Notes: generated by a model not told the origin, from the letters alone. 64,000 nt of DNA from an uncultured Nitrososphaerales archaeon (GCA_963706445.1 OY970160.1:800001-864000), one strand, 5' to 3'; positions 50,055-60,438 are shown, numbered from the stretch's first letter. Program-made: numbers and translations.

Positions 50055-50110
50055 TGGTCACACCAGTGCCTTCAAGTCGAAAAAAATGAAGAAGGGAGGG
50101 ATTGTAATCC

Positions 50111-50932
50111 CTAAACCGGGCTTCGTGTAAGAGTGAACGACTTACCCGTCGAATCCAGAGCGCTGGGTGTCACGGTCACCCCGCCGCTCGCTACCATCCT
50201 GTACTGTGTCAGGCTAAAGCCCGAGTGGTTCGCCAAGCTTGCGATGCTAATCGAGCTGAGCACGGTCCTGTTTGAGAATCCGGCGGTTAGGGTGCAGGTG
50301 CTACGAATCTTGGTCGCCGCGTATCCAAACATTGCCGTCCCAAAGTGGGAAACTGTCACGCCCGACTTTATTGAGAGGATGAACGAGGCTGAATTCAGAG
50401 CGGCCTTAGTCGAGGACTTGTCGCTAACCTTGCCCGACAAGCCAGTTGTTACATCGGTCAGGGTGCCCTTCCATCCTTGGTTTGTCCCTCCACCGTGCTT
50501 CGTCCCGGAGGCTGCGTTCCAGCTCTCAGACACCTGTATCACGTCCCCAGCCTTTACGGCAGGGAGCGGGCTGATCACTTTTGGCTTGCTCGTCCCCAGG
50601 AATAGCGCATAGTAGGCGCCGTACGTCGCGACCCCTGATACACAGTTAGAGTATGTGCCCAGCGTGAGCTGGTCTGTCTTTGGACTCATGAAACCGTCGA
50701 TCATGGCGGACATGTTTGCGAAGGTGCTTGTAGTCCCTGAGCATGTTGCCGTTGGTACGACCCAAGACGCCCTGATGGCGGTCAGATTGTCTCCTGACGC
50801 TGCGGTGAGTTGATACCCTGCCGTTGTTGCACTGGATGCGATAACTGCCGATGAAGCGATGGTGGTGGCTGGCAGGACAGCGAGTCCAAGCATCATGAAC
50901 CCGAGCGCCGCAAGAAGAACTCGTCTTGACAT
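50111..50932 (-). CDS. secreted G1 (peptidase A4) glutamic-peptidase-like protein lacking catalytic residues
   Basis: AGY..ASWVVPTATC..MIDG..GT..C.SG..Y; AGDVI; SASFILS in place of SAEWIVE. Confidence 0.65.
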   Translation of the reverse strand: MSRRVLLAALGFMMLGLAVLPATTIASSAVIASSATTAGYQLTAASGDNLTAIRASWVVPTATCSGTTSTFANMSAMIDGFMSPKTDQLTLGTYSNCVSGVATYGAYYALFLGTSKPKVISPLPAVKAGDVIQVSESWNAASGTKHGGGTNQGWKGTLTDVTTGLSGKVSDKSSTKAALNSASFILSIKSGVTVSHFGTAMFGYAATKIRSTCTLTAGFSNRTVLSSISIASLANHSGFSLTQYRMVASGGVTVTPSALDSTGKSFTLTRSPV

Positions 50933-51216
50933 TTGATTCTGCAAAGTCTCGCTGTCTATATCAACGTAGCGGAGAATATGCAATGTTTGTTCTATATTTT
51001 GCGCCACCAATCGACCAGAGGAAAGCGATCGCTCCAGGGTCCCTGAACTCGAAGACCTCTTTCTTTGACATTAATGCTGTTCTTGAATCAAGTCAAACCT
51101 CTAACAGTGGAATAAGACCTCGTCAGTGATAGAACAGCGTTATTCATGCTCGACAATTCTTAAGAAGCATCCCGAACAAATGTGAAAATCAGCAATGAAA
51201 TTGCTTCTTGGTGGCG

Positions 51217-52884
51217 ATGCCGCTGGCTAGCCTCAGGCGGGCTCTAGTCATCGGCCTCGATGGGGCCACCTTCGACCTCATTCGTCCCATGCTTGACAAG
51301 GGGAAGATGCCAAACCTCGCCCGCATGCGGGCTCAGGGCGTGAGCACCGAGCTGAGGTCTACCATATTGCCTCTTTCGCCTCCCGCCTGGACGTCATTCC
51401 TGACCGGCAAGAATCCGGGGGGGCACGGCATCTACGATTTCGCCAAGAGAGTCGAGGGGACCTACGGCTTCGCCCCGACGACCTCCTTGGACATGAAATC
51501 AAGGGCAATCTGGGATGCTATAGAGGAGCACGGAGGGAGCTCGATTATTGTGAACGTCCCCCTTACCTATCCGCCTGCTTCTTTCAAGGGGTTCATGCTC
51601 AGTGGATTTCCGACTCCGACCGAAAGGAAGGATTACACCTATCCTCGGAACCTACTCAAGGAACTCGAGAAGGAATTCGGCGATGTGAACATACACAAGC
51701 CGAAGGTCCTCTACAGGAAGGGGCGGGAACAAGAGATCACCGACGAGACGATAGCGATCACCGAGCAGCAGACAGCTGTGACGAAGTACCTCATGGCGAG
51801 AATTGATTGGAACCTAACAGTTACTGTATATGACGCAACGGATGTCCTAGGTCACTATTTCTGGTCATTTCTGGACCCCAATCACCCGAAGTACGATCCG
51901 AAGATGGCTCCCTTGGTTAGCCAGATGGTGGAGGACATACATGTGTCCCTCGACCAAGCCATAGGTGACCTAACCGCAGCTGTTGGAGATGACGCCCTGA
52001 AGATTGTGATGTCAGACCATGGCTTCGGGCCCGTATACTATGGAGTCTACGTCAACAATTGGCTCGTCTCGGAAGACTACATGAAATTCAAGACGACCAT
52101 GAAGGTGAAAGCCAAGCACTTCGCCTTCAGGAATGGGCTGAACGTGTACAACCTCCTGAGGGTCGCCAGGAGATTGGGCTTGGTGAAGAGCATAGAGTCC
52201 GCCTATTCTTCAAAGTCCACCGCGCTCCGAGTTCTCAACTGGATTTCCCTCGGGTTCGAAGACGTTGACTGGAACAAGACGAGGGTCTATTCCTTTGGAA
52301 ATATGGGGCAGCTATACCTTAATCTTGTAGGAAGGGAACCGAACGGCACTGTAAGACCGGAAGAAGCGGACCTCCTGGTTTCCGAACTCATCCGAAAGCT
52401 CAAGGTGCTTGAGGACCCGGCGACCGGGAAGTCGATGTTCGACATGGTCTACCCGGGGCGCGAAATCTACAGGGGACCCCAAACCACTTCTGCCCCCGAC
52501 GTCGTCTTTCTGGACCAGAGGATGATCTACGCCGCCCACAGGATGTTCGAACTTGGAAGCAGCAAGCTTGTGACACTCCACCCGATATACTCTGGCAATC
52601 ATAAGATGGATGGGATCCTATTCGCCCAAGGGAAGGAGGTCGGAGTAGGGACCCCATTTGAGCATGAGCCCACCATTGTCGATCTCGCCCCCACCATCCT
52701 GCAGTATCTCGGAGTCAGAATCCCGACAGACATGGAAGGAAATGCGATACTGCAGTTGGCGGGCGATCTGCCCCCGCAGGGAGAAGCGTTGGAAAGCTCG
52801 TTCAGGCCCGAATCCCAAAGGGTAGCCCGGGCCGTCAAAGATGTCTTTGCGAGAAAGACGAAAGCGGGGCCAGGGAATCCCTAG
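51217..52884 (+). CDS. alkaline phosphatase superfamily protein (COG3379/NPP-like), Ser nucleophile
   Basis: GLDGAT, STILPLSPPAW, TGKNPG, DVLGH, SDHGFG, GNHKMDG; close paralogue of 36053-37693. Confidence 0.92.
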   Translation: MPLASLRRALVIGLDGATFDLIRPMLDKGKMPNLARMRAQGVSTELRSTILPLSPPAWTSFLTGKNPGGHGIYDFAKRVEGTYGFAPTTSLDMKSRAIWDAIEEHGGSSIIVNVPLTYPPASFKGFMLSGFPTPTERKDYTYPRNLLKELEKEFGDVNIHKPKVLYRKGREQEITDETIAITEQQTAVTKYLMARIDWNLTVTVYDATDVLGHYFWSFLDPNHPKYDPKMAPLVSQMVEDIHVSLDQAIGDLTAAVGDDALKIVMSDHGFGPVYYGVYVNNWLVSEDYMKFKTTMKVKAKHFAFRNGLNVYNLLRVARRLGLVKSIESAYSSKSTALRVLNWISLGFEDVDWNKTRVYSFGNMGQLYLNLVGREPNGTVRPEEADLLVSELIRKLKVLEDPATGKSMFDMVYPGREIYRGPQTTSAPDVVFLDQRMIYAAHRMFELGSSKLVTLHPIYSGNHKMDGILFAQGKEVGVGTPFEHEPTIVDLAPTILQYLGVRIPTDMEGNAILQLAGDLPPQGEALESSFRPESQRVARAVKDVFARKTKAGPGNP

Positions 52885-53002
52885 GACCCGGCGCGAAAAT
52901 CGTCGAGATGTGGAGTCCCGTCGCTCTAGAGTGTGAGGATGTTGCAAATCTACCGAATAGATTTAAATTGGCTGAAGGGCGGCTGAGGCAAGTCAAGCCT
53001 GT

Positions 53003-55522
53003 TTGAGGCGCTTTGGATACCTATCAGTTATCATTCTAATCGTTCTGTTCGGTCTTCCTGTCGGCGTGTTCATGCCTGCGGCTGCCATCGCCCAAACCGG
53101 TTGTAACGGCTTAACGAGCCCACTTACGACACAACTGACGATCTCGGGCAGCACCTGCTCGTGGATAGGCCCCCTTATCATCTCAGGTACTGGTTCCCTG
53201 ACGCTGCAGGGCTCAACTCTAGTCCTCAGTAACGAGGTAAACTACACGAAAGTATTCCTGATACAAAAGAACATAAACATCACAGAGGTGAATACGACTC
53301 CCGGCTACATCGGCCTAAATGGGAGCGCCAACCTCAATGTCGAAGGGAACTCTTCCGTCACCACCTTCGGCCTGGGGCTGAATCAGTCGTCAACGCTCAG
53401 CATTGCTGGGAGTTCGTCTCTCGACGTGGCAAACAACGTCTATCTTCAGTTCAGCTCCAAACTGCTACTGAACGTTACTCAGAGCGTTCCCGGGACCCTT
53501 TCCTTGTTTGACTCTTCACAGCTCAGCGTAGACGGTTCGAGACTGCAGTCCTCGAACGTAATCCTGGGAGCAGTCTCCACGGTGAACTTCTCTGACGGGG
53601 CTTCTGTCACGCTTGGAGGGGCGATGACCGAGCCCTTCTATGCTGGGTCAATTTCAATCGTCTCGTCCGACCTAAACGCGCGAGGCAACGCCACTTTCGA
53701 TATTGGAGGATCGAGCGTTTCCGTTACGAAGTCGATTGTATCCATTAGCGGCTTTCTCAACACGGCGTTTGGTGGGACGACCACTACCATCTCCCAGAGC
53801 ACCGTGGATCTCATTAACGACGCCAGTGCATCTCTAGGGGACAACAGCTCTTCAACCTCCAGCACTAGCATCTCATCGGCCACGAGCATAAGCGCTACCG
53901 GTTACTCCAGCCAAGCCTCGATGCCGAGGACAGGGGGAATTCATACATACATCTTCGGACGGCAGCTTCTTTCAATTACAAATTCCAATGTCTCGAGCAC
54001 CCTTTCGACGAGCGCGACCCCCTTCGTAGTCCAAGTCGGCACCGTAAGACATACTGACTACCCGAACTCGACTCTGTCCATTGTCGGAGGGACGGTCGAG
54101 ATAGTGTCCAGCTGGGTCACCTCATCAGGTGTCGAATTCTATGGCTTCCAACCAAGCTCACTTTCGGTTCTCTCGGTGAACGCCACGTCAAACCTCTCCG
54201 TGATAGGAAGCCGACTGGTCTCGGGGAATAACGGTCAGCTGGGGACCTTCGGTACCTCGGCGTTGACCCTGGCGGCCCAAGGCAACGACAATGTGACGCA
54301 GTCAGTGGTTCAATCTGAGGCGACCACCCAATCTCTCCAGCTCGAAAGCGAGTCCGCCTCAGGTACAAACGTGCTTGGCTTGAACAAAGATACCATTGAG
54401 ACTGGGACCAGCGCTGGAACCGTCGCGCTGAGATCAAGCTACCTGGCCGACGTTGAGAGAACATTCATAGACGCTAACGCGACGGGACTCATCTTCAGGG
54501 CGGGCGCCTTCAGATTCGTAGCAGCAAACTCCGTCCTTAACGTCCAGAACATTTCCCAGTCCACCGTGTTCGGTTCAAACGTTGCCGTCGGTAGCTTCGT
54601 CAACACTACCATTGCAAACTGCCCCAGCTTCACATGTCTGAAGACCATTGGGACAGGCTCATACTCGGTCTCGGACTACCTTCAGATCCATGTTGCGGGG
54701 AGCAATTCGCAACCTGTAGCCGGAGCCACTGTAACCGCCACGGCCCCAAGGACTCCTTTCACCACCTATTCGTCCGTCACCGACCAGACCGGTTGGGCAC
54801 GTTTCCTCGCGCTGGTCCAGTACGGTAACGGGACCAGACCCCCCAATTCGACTCCTTACTTCATCATCCAAGGAACCGACGGGAACTTGGTGTCGCCCCA
54901 GGCTCAGCTTGTAACGACCGGGAATCTGACTGCCAACTTGCAGGTCTTCCTGCCCTCCGTGAATTTCACGGGAGCGGCAATCGTCGGGAAGGCAATTTCC
55001 TCGATTACTTCAGAATACAACCTTGTAGCCTACTCCCGTCTGATTCCGCCTGCCGGCCAGTACACCCTGGGCAACTACATTGGGACGCAGTACATACCTT
55101 ACTTCTACGTACTCTCCAATGCCTTCCCTCTAAGCTTCAAAACAAATGCGACGAGCAACCAGATCGACTTCTCCACCCTGGGCCAAACAGGAGGCACCTT
55201 CTACTTCGTCTTAGTCTATCCCTCAAACCTCACACAGATAACACTAGGGCTTGGAGTCGATGGTAATTCGAGTATTCCTGTAACAAGGCTGTCTAACTCC
55301 ACCACCTCCTATGTCGCCTTCTCGATCCCATCGGGGGCACATACTGTGACTCTGGCGTACCTTCCCCCCAACGGAAACTATCAGGGGGGAGTGCTATATC
55401 CAAAATTCTTCCCGCCTGCGACCACGATAGCAGGACTCTTGGTGGTCCTATTCGTAGGTATCGGCTTTGCAGTTCTGTTTGTCCGGAGCCGAGAAAAGCG
55501 GAGCCTGGTTCGCGTACCGTGA
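53003..55522 (+). CDS. large Ser/Thr/Asn-rich surface protein (beta-helix-like) with C-terminal TM
   Basis: signal peptide, many NxS/T sequons, C-terminal TM followed by RSREKR. Confidence 0.8.
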   Translation: MRRFGYLSVIILIVLFGLPVGVFMPAAAIAQTGCNGLTSPLTTQLTISGSTCSWIGPLIISGTGSLTLQGSTLVLSNEVNYTKVFLIQKNINITEVNTTPGYIGLNGSANLNVEGNSSVTTFGLGLNQSSTLSIAGSSSLDVANNVYLQFSSKLLLNVTQSVPGTLSLFDSSQLSVDGSRLQSSNVILGAVSTVNFSDGASVTLGGAMTEPFYAGSISIVSSDLNARGNATFDIGGSSVSVTKSIVSISGFLNTAFGGTTTTISQSTVDLINDASASLGDNSSSTSSTSISSATSISATGYSSQASMPRTGGIHTYIFGRQLLSITNSNVSSTLSTSATPFVVQVGTVRHTDYPNSTLSIVGGTVEIVSSWVTSSGVEFYGFQPSSLSVLSVNATSNLSVIGSRLVSGNNGQLGTFGTSALTLAAQGNDNVTQSVVQSEATTQSLQLESESASGTNVLGLNKDTIETGTSAGTVALRSSYLADVERTFIDANATGLIFRAGAFRFVAANSVLNVQNISQSTVFGSNVAVGSFVNTTIANCPSFTCLKTIGTGSYSVSDYLQIHVAGSNSQPVAGATVTATAPRTPFTTYSSVTDQTGWARFLALVQYGNGTRPPNSTPYFIIQGTDGNLVSPQAQLVTTGNLTANLQVFLPSVNFTGAAIVGKAISSITSEYNLVAYSRLIPPAGQYTLGNYIGTQYIPYFYVLSNAFPLSFKTNATSNQIDFSTLGQTGGTFYFVLVYPSNLTQITLGLGVDGNSSIPVTRLSNSTTSYVAFSIPSGAHTVTLAYLPPNGNYQGGVLYPKFFPPATTIAGLLVVLFVGIGFAVLFVRSREKRSLVRVP

Positions 55523-55541
55523 TCCGGATACCTATGGTGGC

Positions 55542-57818
55542 CTAGTGCGAAGTCGCCGTCGGGCCCGTGATCGCGATAGAGCTGAACTCACCAGAGACGC
55601 ATATGGTCGCGGGCGGGGTGAGCGAGTTGCCGCCATATGAGACAGGCTGACATCCTTGCAAAGAAGTGAAGGTCACCTGGTTGTAACCTGCGCTGAGCAT
55701 CATGAAGGGGGTCGAATAGAGCTGGTACTTCCCTGGAAGCAACTGGTAAGTCCCGATTGATTGTCCATTGACCTGGACTTGGATGTAATCGGTGTTGTTG
55801 AGTCCCCTGGCGACGAAACTCAGTTGTGCGAACTGGGTCGATTGCATGTAGACATTCAGTCCTCCTGCATTGGTAAGTGTCCGAGCCCGGTGCCCTGGGA
55901 GCCCGTAAGGGTTCCATCCACCAGATAGGAACGCCACGTCGGTCACGTTCGCAGCTCTGGGATAGTTCGCAAGGCCAAAACTCGGGGTAGGAGGGATGTA
56001 CCTGAATACCGTGAGCGTTGAGTCGACATAGTAGGGGAGGCCAAGGACACTTGAAATCAGGGCGACGACTTTGCTGTAAAGCGCCGGCGCGAGCAGGTCA
56101 CTGTGAACAATGACGTATTTGATGTTGTATTGTGCAAGGATGTAGGGGGCTATCTGCGTCACTGAGATGGTCTGGTTGATAATATCGGGCGAAAGCGCCT
56201 TTCTGCCTCTGATGTACGTCCCGAGCTGGTCTATGAATGGATAGCTGGTGGTGAAGATTAGGGACTCTGGCGGTGTTCTGCTGATGTGCCCGTTAATCAC
56301 AGGAGATGAATATGCGGTTTGGTAATAGAGATAGACGTCATTGCTGCTGTAGGCGGGGACCTCAAGGACGGTGAAATTGGAATGATCGTTGGCTAGCACC
56401 TGCGTATAGAACGATGGGATCGCGGCGTTCATTTCTGGGTAGGGCGCGGGAAGGAATTCGATGGCCACCGAAGTGCATAGGAGGGCTAAGATGAATAATT
56501 TGGTGAAGGTCCAGAACCACCCGGTTCCTCCACGGCCGGTGCGCCAGGTGCTCCCTGGGAAGTGCAAACGGTCTATCCTCCCCATTAACGCCGTTACCCC
56601 GTACCCGGACAAGATCGCCATTCCAAAGGCGACGAGATAGTCGATTCTGAACGGTGTTCTGAATGATTTGAAATATGGAATCAGGTACTCCAAGTAGGTC
56701 CATATCCCCTGAAGCCGTGTTATCTGGCCATCCACGATAACGTAGGGCCCCAACGAGACCAGGAAGCCCACAATGCTCAGAAAGGCCCAGAAGATGACCT
56801 CCCGCTTCTTCCTCTGAGCGAAGATCCCCACAATCGAGAGTGCTAGGACGGTAAACCCTATGAAGGTCTGGACGTCACTGAAGGATAGGAAGCCCGAATA
56901 GGTCCCTGCTGTAAATCGCCCTAGGATCGGATTCTGTGGGCTAGGCAGGATGAATTGAAGTAGGTCCGGAGACCTCGAAACGTGGGTGGAAGCCGTCGCA
57001 GCAGCGGTCGCACCGAGTGCGCTCGGCGCGAAGATTAGGCCATAGAAGGCCTGGTAATAGACAACCAGTCCGATAACTCCAGCGACCAGGACCATTATCC
57101 CGAACCTGACGGCGTATCTCTTGTTCAGGATTACACGCCGCTGAGCCAGTAGCGAGTAAAGAAGGAAAGAAACGATTATGATACCTGAGAGGAGCAGGAA
57201 GTGCAGATCGAGCATGGCGTTCAAAGCAATTGCAACTCCCGCGTAGATCGCTTCTCTGTCCCTGGGCTCGCGCGTCATCCTGACGAAGAAGTATCCAAAC
57301 ACAGGGAGCATTTCTGATGCCATTATGTTGAGATGAGAAAGGCCCTGACCGGTGTGCACAGGGGCGAAACCGAACGCAAGACCAGCAAAGAAGGCTGCGT
57401 ATCTGTTATTTGTGAGATAATTGACGAAGACGTACATGGTGAACGCAGAAGCGAAGAAGGTGAACATGTACAGGAAGTTATAGGTGGGCACAAGCCCGAA
57501 TAGGAAATAGACCGGTGCGCCGATTATCGCATGGAGCGGAGATACGACCTGGAAGTACAGAGGGACGCCGTAGGGGTAGAGGATGTGGTTTGTGTACAGC
57601 TGAAAGAACGGGCCGAAGGCGGAATGATAGTCGAGATTCAGATACCACATCTCGTGAAAGACGTCCATAACATTCCCGTTCACGAAGGAGGCGAAATTGG
57701 CCGCCAAGGGCCAAGTGAAAATCACCGTCAAGATTACGTACAGGGAAAGAGCGAAGAAATCGATTCCGTGCCCTTCTACCCAAGAAACAAGCTTCTTGGG
57801 GAGCGTCGAGACGGACAA
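55542..57818 (-). CDS. GT-C-like polytopic membrane glycosyltransferase (YfhO-related)
   Basis: ~12 TM; first loop NGNVMD..W; YPYG; FAPVH; FRTPFR; VINGHISR; YNIKYVIVH. Confidence 0.7.
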   Translation of the reverse strand: MSVSTLPKKLVSWVEGHGIDFFALSLYVILTVIFTWPLAANFASFVNGNVMDVFHEMWYLNLDYHSAFGPFFQLYTNHILYPYGVPLYFQVVSPLHAIIGAPVYFLFGLVPTYNFLYMFTFFASAFTMYVFVNYLTNNRYAAFFAGLAFGFAPVHTGQGLSHLNIMASEMLPVFGYFFVRMTREPRDREAIYAGVAIALNAMLDLHFLLLSGIIIVSFLLYSLLAQRRVILNKRYAVRFGIMVLVAGVIGLVVYYQAFYGLIFAPSALGATAAATASTHVSRSPDLLQFILPSPQNPILGRFTAGTYSGFLSFSDVQTFIGFTVLALSIVGIFAQRKKREVIFWAFLSIVGFLVSLGPYVIVDGQITRLQGIWTYLEYLIPYFKSFRTPFRIDYLVAFGMAILSGYGVTALMGRIDRLHFPGSTWRTGRGGTGWFWTFTKLFILALLCTSVAIEFLPAPYPEMNAAIPSFYTQVLANDHSNFTVLEVPAYSSNDVYLYYQTAYSSPVINGHISRTPPESLIFTTSYPFIDQLGTYIRGRKALSPDIINQTISVTQIAPYILAQYNIKYVIVHSDLLAPALYSKVVALISSVLGLPYYVDSTLTVFRYIPPTPSFGLANYPRAANVTDVAFLSGGWNPYGLPGHRARTLTNAGGLNVYMQSTQFAQLSFVARGLNNTDYIQVQVNGQSIGTYQLLPGKYQLYSTPFMMLSAGYNQVTFTSLQGCQPVSYGGNSLTPPATICVSGEFSSIAITGPTATSH

Positions 57819-57948
57819 ACTGCCTCTCCTGGGAACGCAGGCCTAATAATAGGTTCCTGGGGCATTGCCGACAGGAAGACCAGAACCAGTTGACGCTTTC
57901 GTACATTTCAGGTTTATACATGTCGGCGCGAACTCTTGCTGTAATCCA

Positions 57949-58539
57949 ATGAAACTAGGACTATCGAGGGTCCGAAAGCACATGCGCGTCATAATTCTGC
58001 TCGCCTTGGTAGAATGGGTTGCCATAGGTGCGGCCCTAGTACTTGTTGCGGTAAGCTCCAGCACTGACTTTCCTGTGTCCACTCAGGTGACGGAATGCAG
58101 CCATATCATAGCGTCACCACTTTTCGCGGAAGAAAGCCAGAGCTACGACTGCGCTGCCACAACGGGGTCCTGGGCGGAGGCCTCCATCACAACGAAATAC
58201 ACGACTTCACTTGAACTCGCATTCAAACCATACAATGGGAGCCTGGAAAATATCTACAACTCCACAGGTTCTCACTTCAATGCCTTGATCCCAGTATTCT
58301 CGGGAGGCATTTTCTACCTTCGCCTCGTGAATCTCGGCACCAGTGGGAACGCAGTTACGGGGTCGCTTTCTGTCTCACAGAATGCGAATTCGATAGCAAT
58401 CGTCCCCTCATCTAAGCATCCGTATAGAACCGGAGGGATTGCGGTTCTGGGCGGTGCTGCCTTGATTTCGGCACTTGTACTTTACGATCCGGGAAAAAGG
58501 CTCTCCCGAATCATTCGTGCCCCTGGGGCATCAGTATGA
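57949..58539 (+). CDS. membrane protein with N- and C-terminal TMs
   Basis: hydrophobic ends around a beta-rich domain; ATGA overlap with the next gene. Confidence 0.65.
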   Translation: MKLGLSRVRKHMRVIILLALVEWVAIGAALVLVAVSSSTDFPVSTQVTECSHIIASPLFAEESQSYDCAATTGSWAEASITTKYTTSLELAFKPYNGSLENIYNSTGSHFNALIPVFSGGIFYLRLVNLGTSGNAVTGSLSVSQNANSIAIVPSSKHPYRTGGIAVLGGAALISALVLYDPGKRLSRIIRAPGASV

Positions 58540-59753
58540 CCCCTGGCCAAGAAAGCCAATCCAAGTCGGGAAAGTCGATTGCCATCATAATTTCTGTGGT
58601 GGTCATCTTTTCTGCCATCGGAGGGGTGGTAGTATTCTATGTTGTGTCGCAGACTCCAGGCCAGTCGTCCCAAACGACCTCCACGGCGACCGACTACTCT
58701 TTTTTCATCGCGGGCAACCTACAGAGGATCGAATCTCTTAGGTTGTGGTTCATGAGCGCCCCGAACGACGCTACCAACAAGGCTGGCTATGACCCGAGCT
58801 ACGGGATGATAAGGGGAGGTTTCTGGGCAGGAGGATTCCAGGACGGATTCGTCCTCATCGACTCCCAGCTTATCGCGGCCAGCACCCTTGATTTCCTGAA
58901 CGGGGCTGCAGGCCAAAACACATCTATTTACTCAACCATGAGGCAGTGGTTGTCAGGCCAATTCGCCTACCCGCCGTCGGGAGTCACGGCGACCTACAAC
59001 GGGACTGACCGGAGGGAAATCATGTTCGGCACGATACTTCCCTGTGTGAGCGCAGATAGCGGCCAGGTGTACTATGTGCCGGGCCACACCCTTAGCGACC
59101 CGGTCCCGATTACGACCGCACTTCCCAACGGCTGCACCACGCCCACCCCCAGTGGGATGGACAAGTATGCACTTTGGATCGAACTATACTACCTTGAAGG
59201 AGATGTCACTATGTCAAAGAGCATGTACCAAACAGTGCTCAACAGTTGGACCCCAACGTCTGGGACAGGGATTGGAGGGACAACAGGCGGGTACTTTTCT
59301 GATGTTTTTGACAATGGGCCAGACCAAGGGAACTGTAAGAGTTCGAGGGCCCTGGGATACTTTCTTGAAATGACCAGGGCCACGGGCTTCTGGAACATGA
59401 GCGACCAGAGCAGAATGGTTTCACTTCAGGCTTCGAACGAGCTTTGGGGGCATCAACAGCCGGACGGGGGGATCGCAGTGAATTACCCTGGATGTGGAAG
59501 CCAGTCTAAGGCAAGCCCTGAGAGCACGGGGCTGGCACTCCTCGCGTTCGACCCCCGGGTCCCCACATGGTTCGGGCACCCAGTCTCAAACGCTTCTGGG
59601 ATTGCTTCTCAGATAGTAAACAGCGGATCCACCCCCCTGCAGCAATCCACCAGCCTCGTCTTGCCATCGAGTGAGATGGGAATCGGAGCCATGTTGCAGC
59701 TCCAAGCGAGCCGATCGGAACCGTATGCGGACCTGGACGCAGATTCCGTTTAA
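58536..59753 (+). CDS. membrane-anchored alpha/alpha-barrel-like protein (distant third paralogue)
   Basis: DRREIMFG, YYLEGD, LGYFLE, LWGHQQPDGGI, PESTGLALLAF. Confidence 0.75.
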   Translation: MTPGQESQSKSGKSIAIIISVVVIFSAIGGVVVFYVVSQTPGQSSQTTSTATDYSFFIAGNLQRIESLRLWFMSAPNDATNKAGYDPSYGMIRGGFWAGGFQDGFVLIDSQLIAASTLDFLNGAAGQNTSIYSTMRQWLSGQFAYPPSGVTATYNGTDRREIMFGTILPCVSADSGQVYYVPGHTLSDPVPITTALPNGCTTPTPSGMDKYALWIELYYLEGDVTMSKSMYQTVLNSWTPTSGTGIGGTTGGYFSDVFDNGPDQGNCKSSRALGYFLEMTRATGFWNMSDQSRMVSLQASNELWGHQQPDGGIAVNYPGCGSQSKASPESTGLALLAFDPRVPTWFGHPVSNASGIASQIVNSGSTPLQQSTSLVLPSSEMGIGAMLQLQASRSEPYADLDADSV

Positions 59754-59788
59754 CAAGTGCGATATCGCTTGATCTGGTGAAGGGGCAA

Positions 59789-60214
59789 TCACTGGCTGCA
59801 GTCGGCGTCACTTGAGGAGCCATCAGGCAACACCGTGTTACAGAATATGGCTCCACTGGTATTGGTCCCGTTCAAATTAGCACCAGCAAGGTTCGCCTCG
59901 GAAAAGTTAGTGTCGAGCAAGTTGGCGTTGAGAAACGTCGAGTTCGCCAGGTCAGCTTGGGTAAAGTCTGCTTTCTTCAAGTTGGCCCCGGTGAAGTTGG
60001 CACCTGCGAGCTCCAGGGTTTCTAAATCCGCCCCCTGAAGGTTAGCGTCGGCGCAATTCACTGGCTTCGTGTCGAGGCACGAAATTCCCAGAGTCGTACT
60101 CCCGTTTCTGGGATTGGGTCCTAACACAAAGTAGGCCACGGCTGCTGCGGCAATCACCACCGTGACCGCGAGGGCGACTAACACCTTACGGCGCCTGGTC
60201 CTCACGAGTTTCAA
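59789..60214 (-). CDS. membrane-anchored pentapeptide repeat protein
   Basis: A(D/N)(L/F)xx repeats; N-terminal TM; CNTVLPDG. Confidence 0.9.
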   Translation of the reverse strand: MKLVRTRRRKVLVALAVTVVIAAAAVAYFVLGPNPRNGSTTLGISCLDTKPVNCADANLQGADLETLELAGANFTGANLKKADFTQADLANSTFLNANLLDTNFSEANLAGANLNGTNTSGAIFCNTVLPDGSSSDADCSQ

Positions 60215-60438
60215 AGGTACGGTGACCGGCCATCCTCGCGGGCTTTTCTACCTTCGCCTTTCGGGACCCCAATTTGACCTAAAGTGAGGTGATGGGGCTG
60301 AGAAGCAAGGGTTCTTTGCCTTCCCTGAAACCTACCTAGGGACAATGGCGTGTTTTGGTCGATAATGTCGGCCATTTCATGGCAAGTTTAAAATACGAAG
60401 CAAATTTTCTGCAACTGTACTCTAGGAGCCGCAAATTA

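Noticed and set aside
30489-52884. Classical formylglycine sulfatases
   Set aside because: There is no (C/S)xPxR motif and no maturase; the motifs are NPP/COG3379-like.
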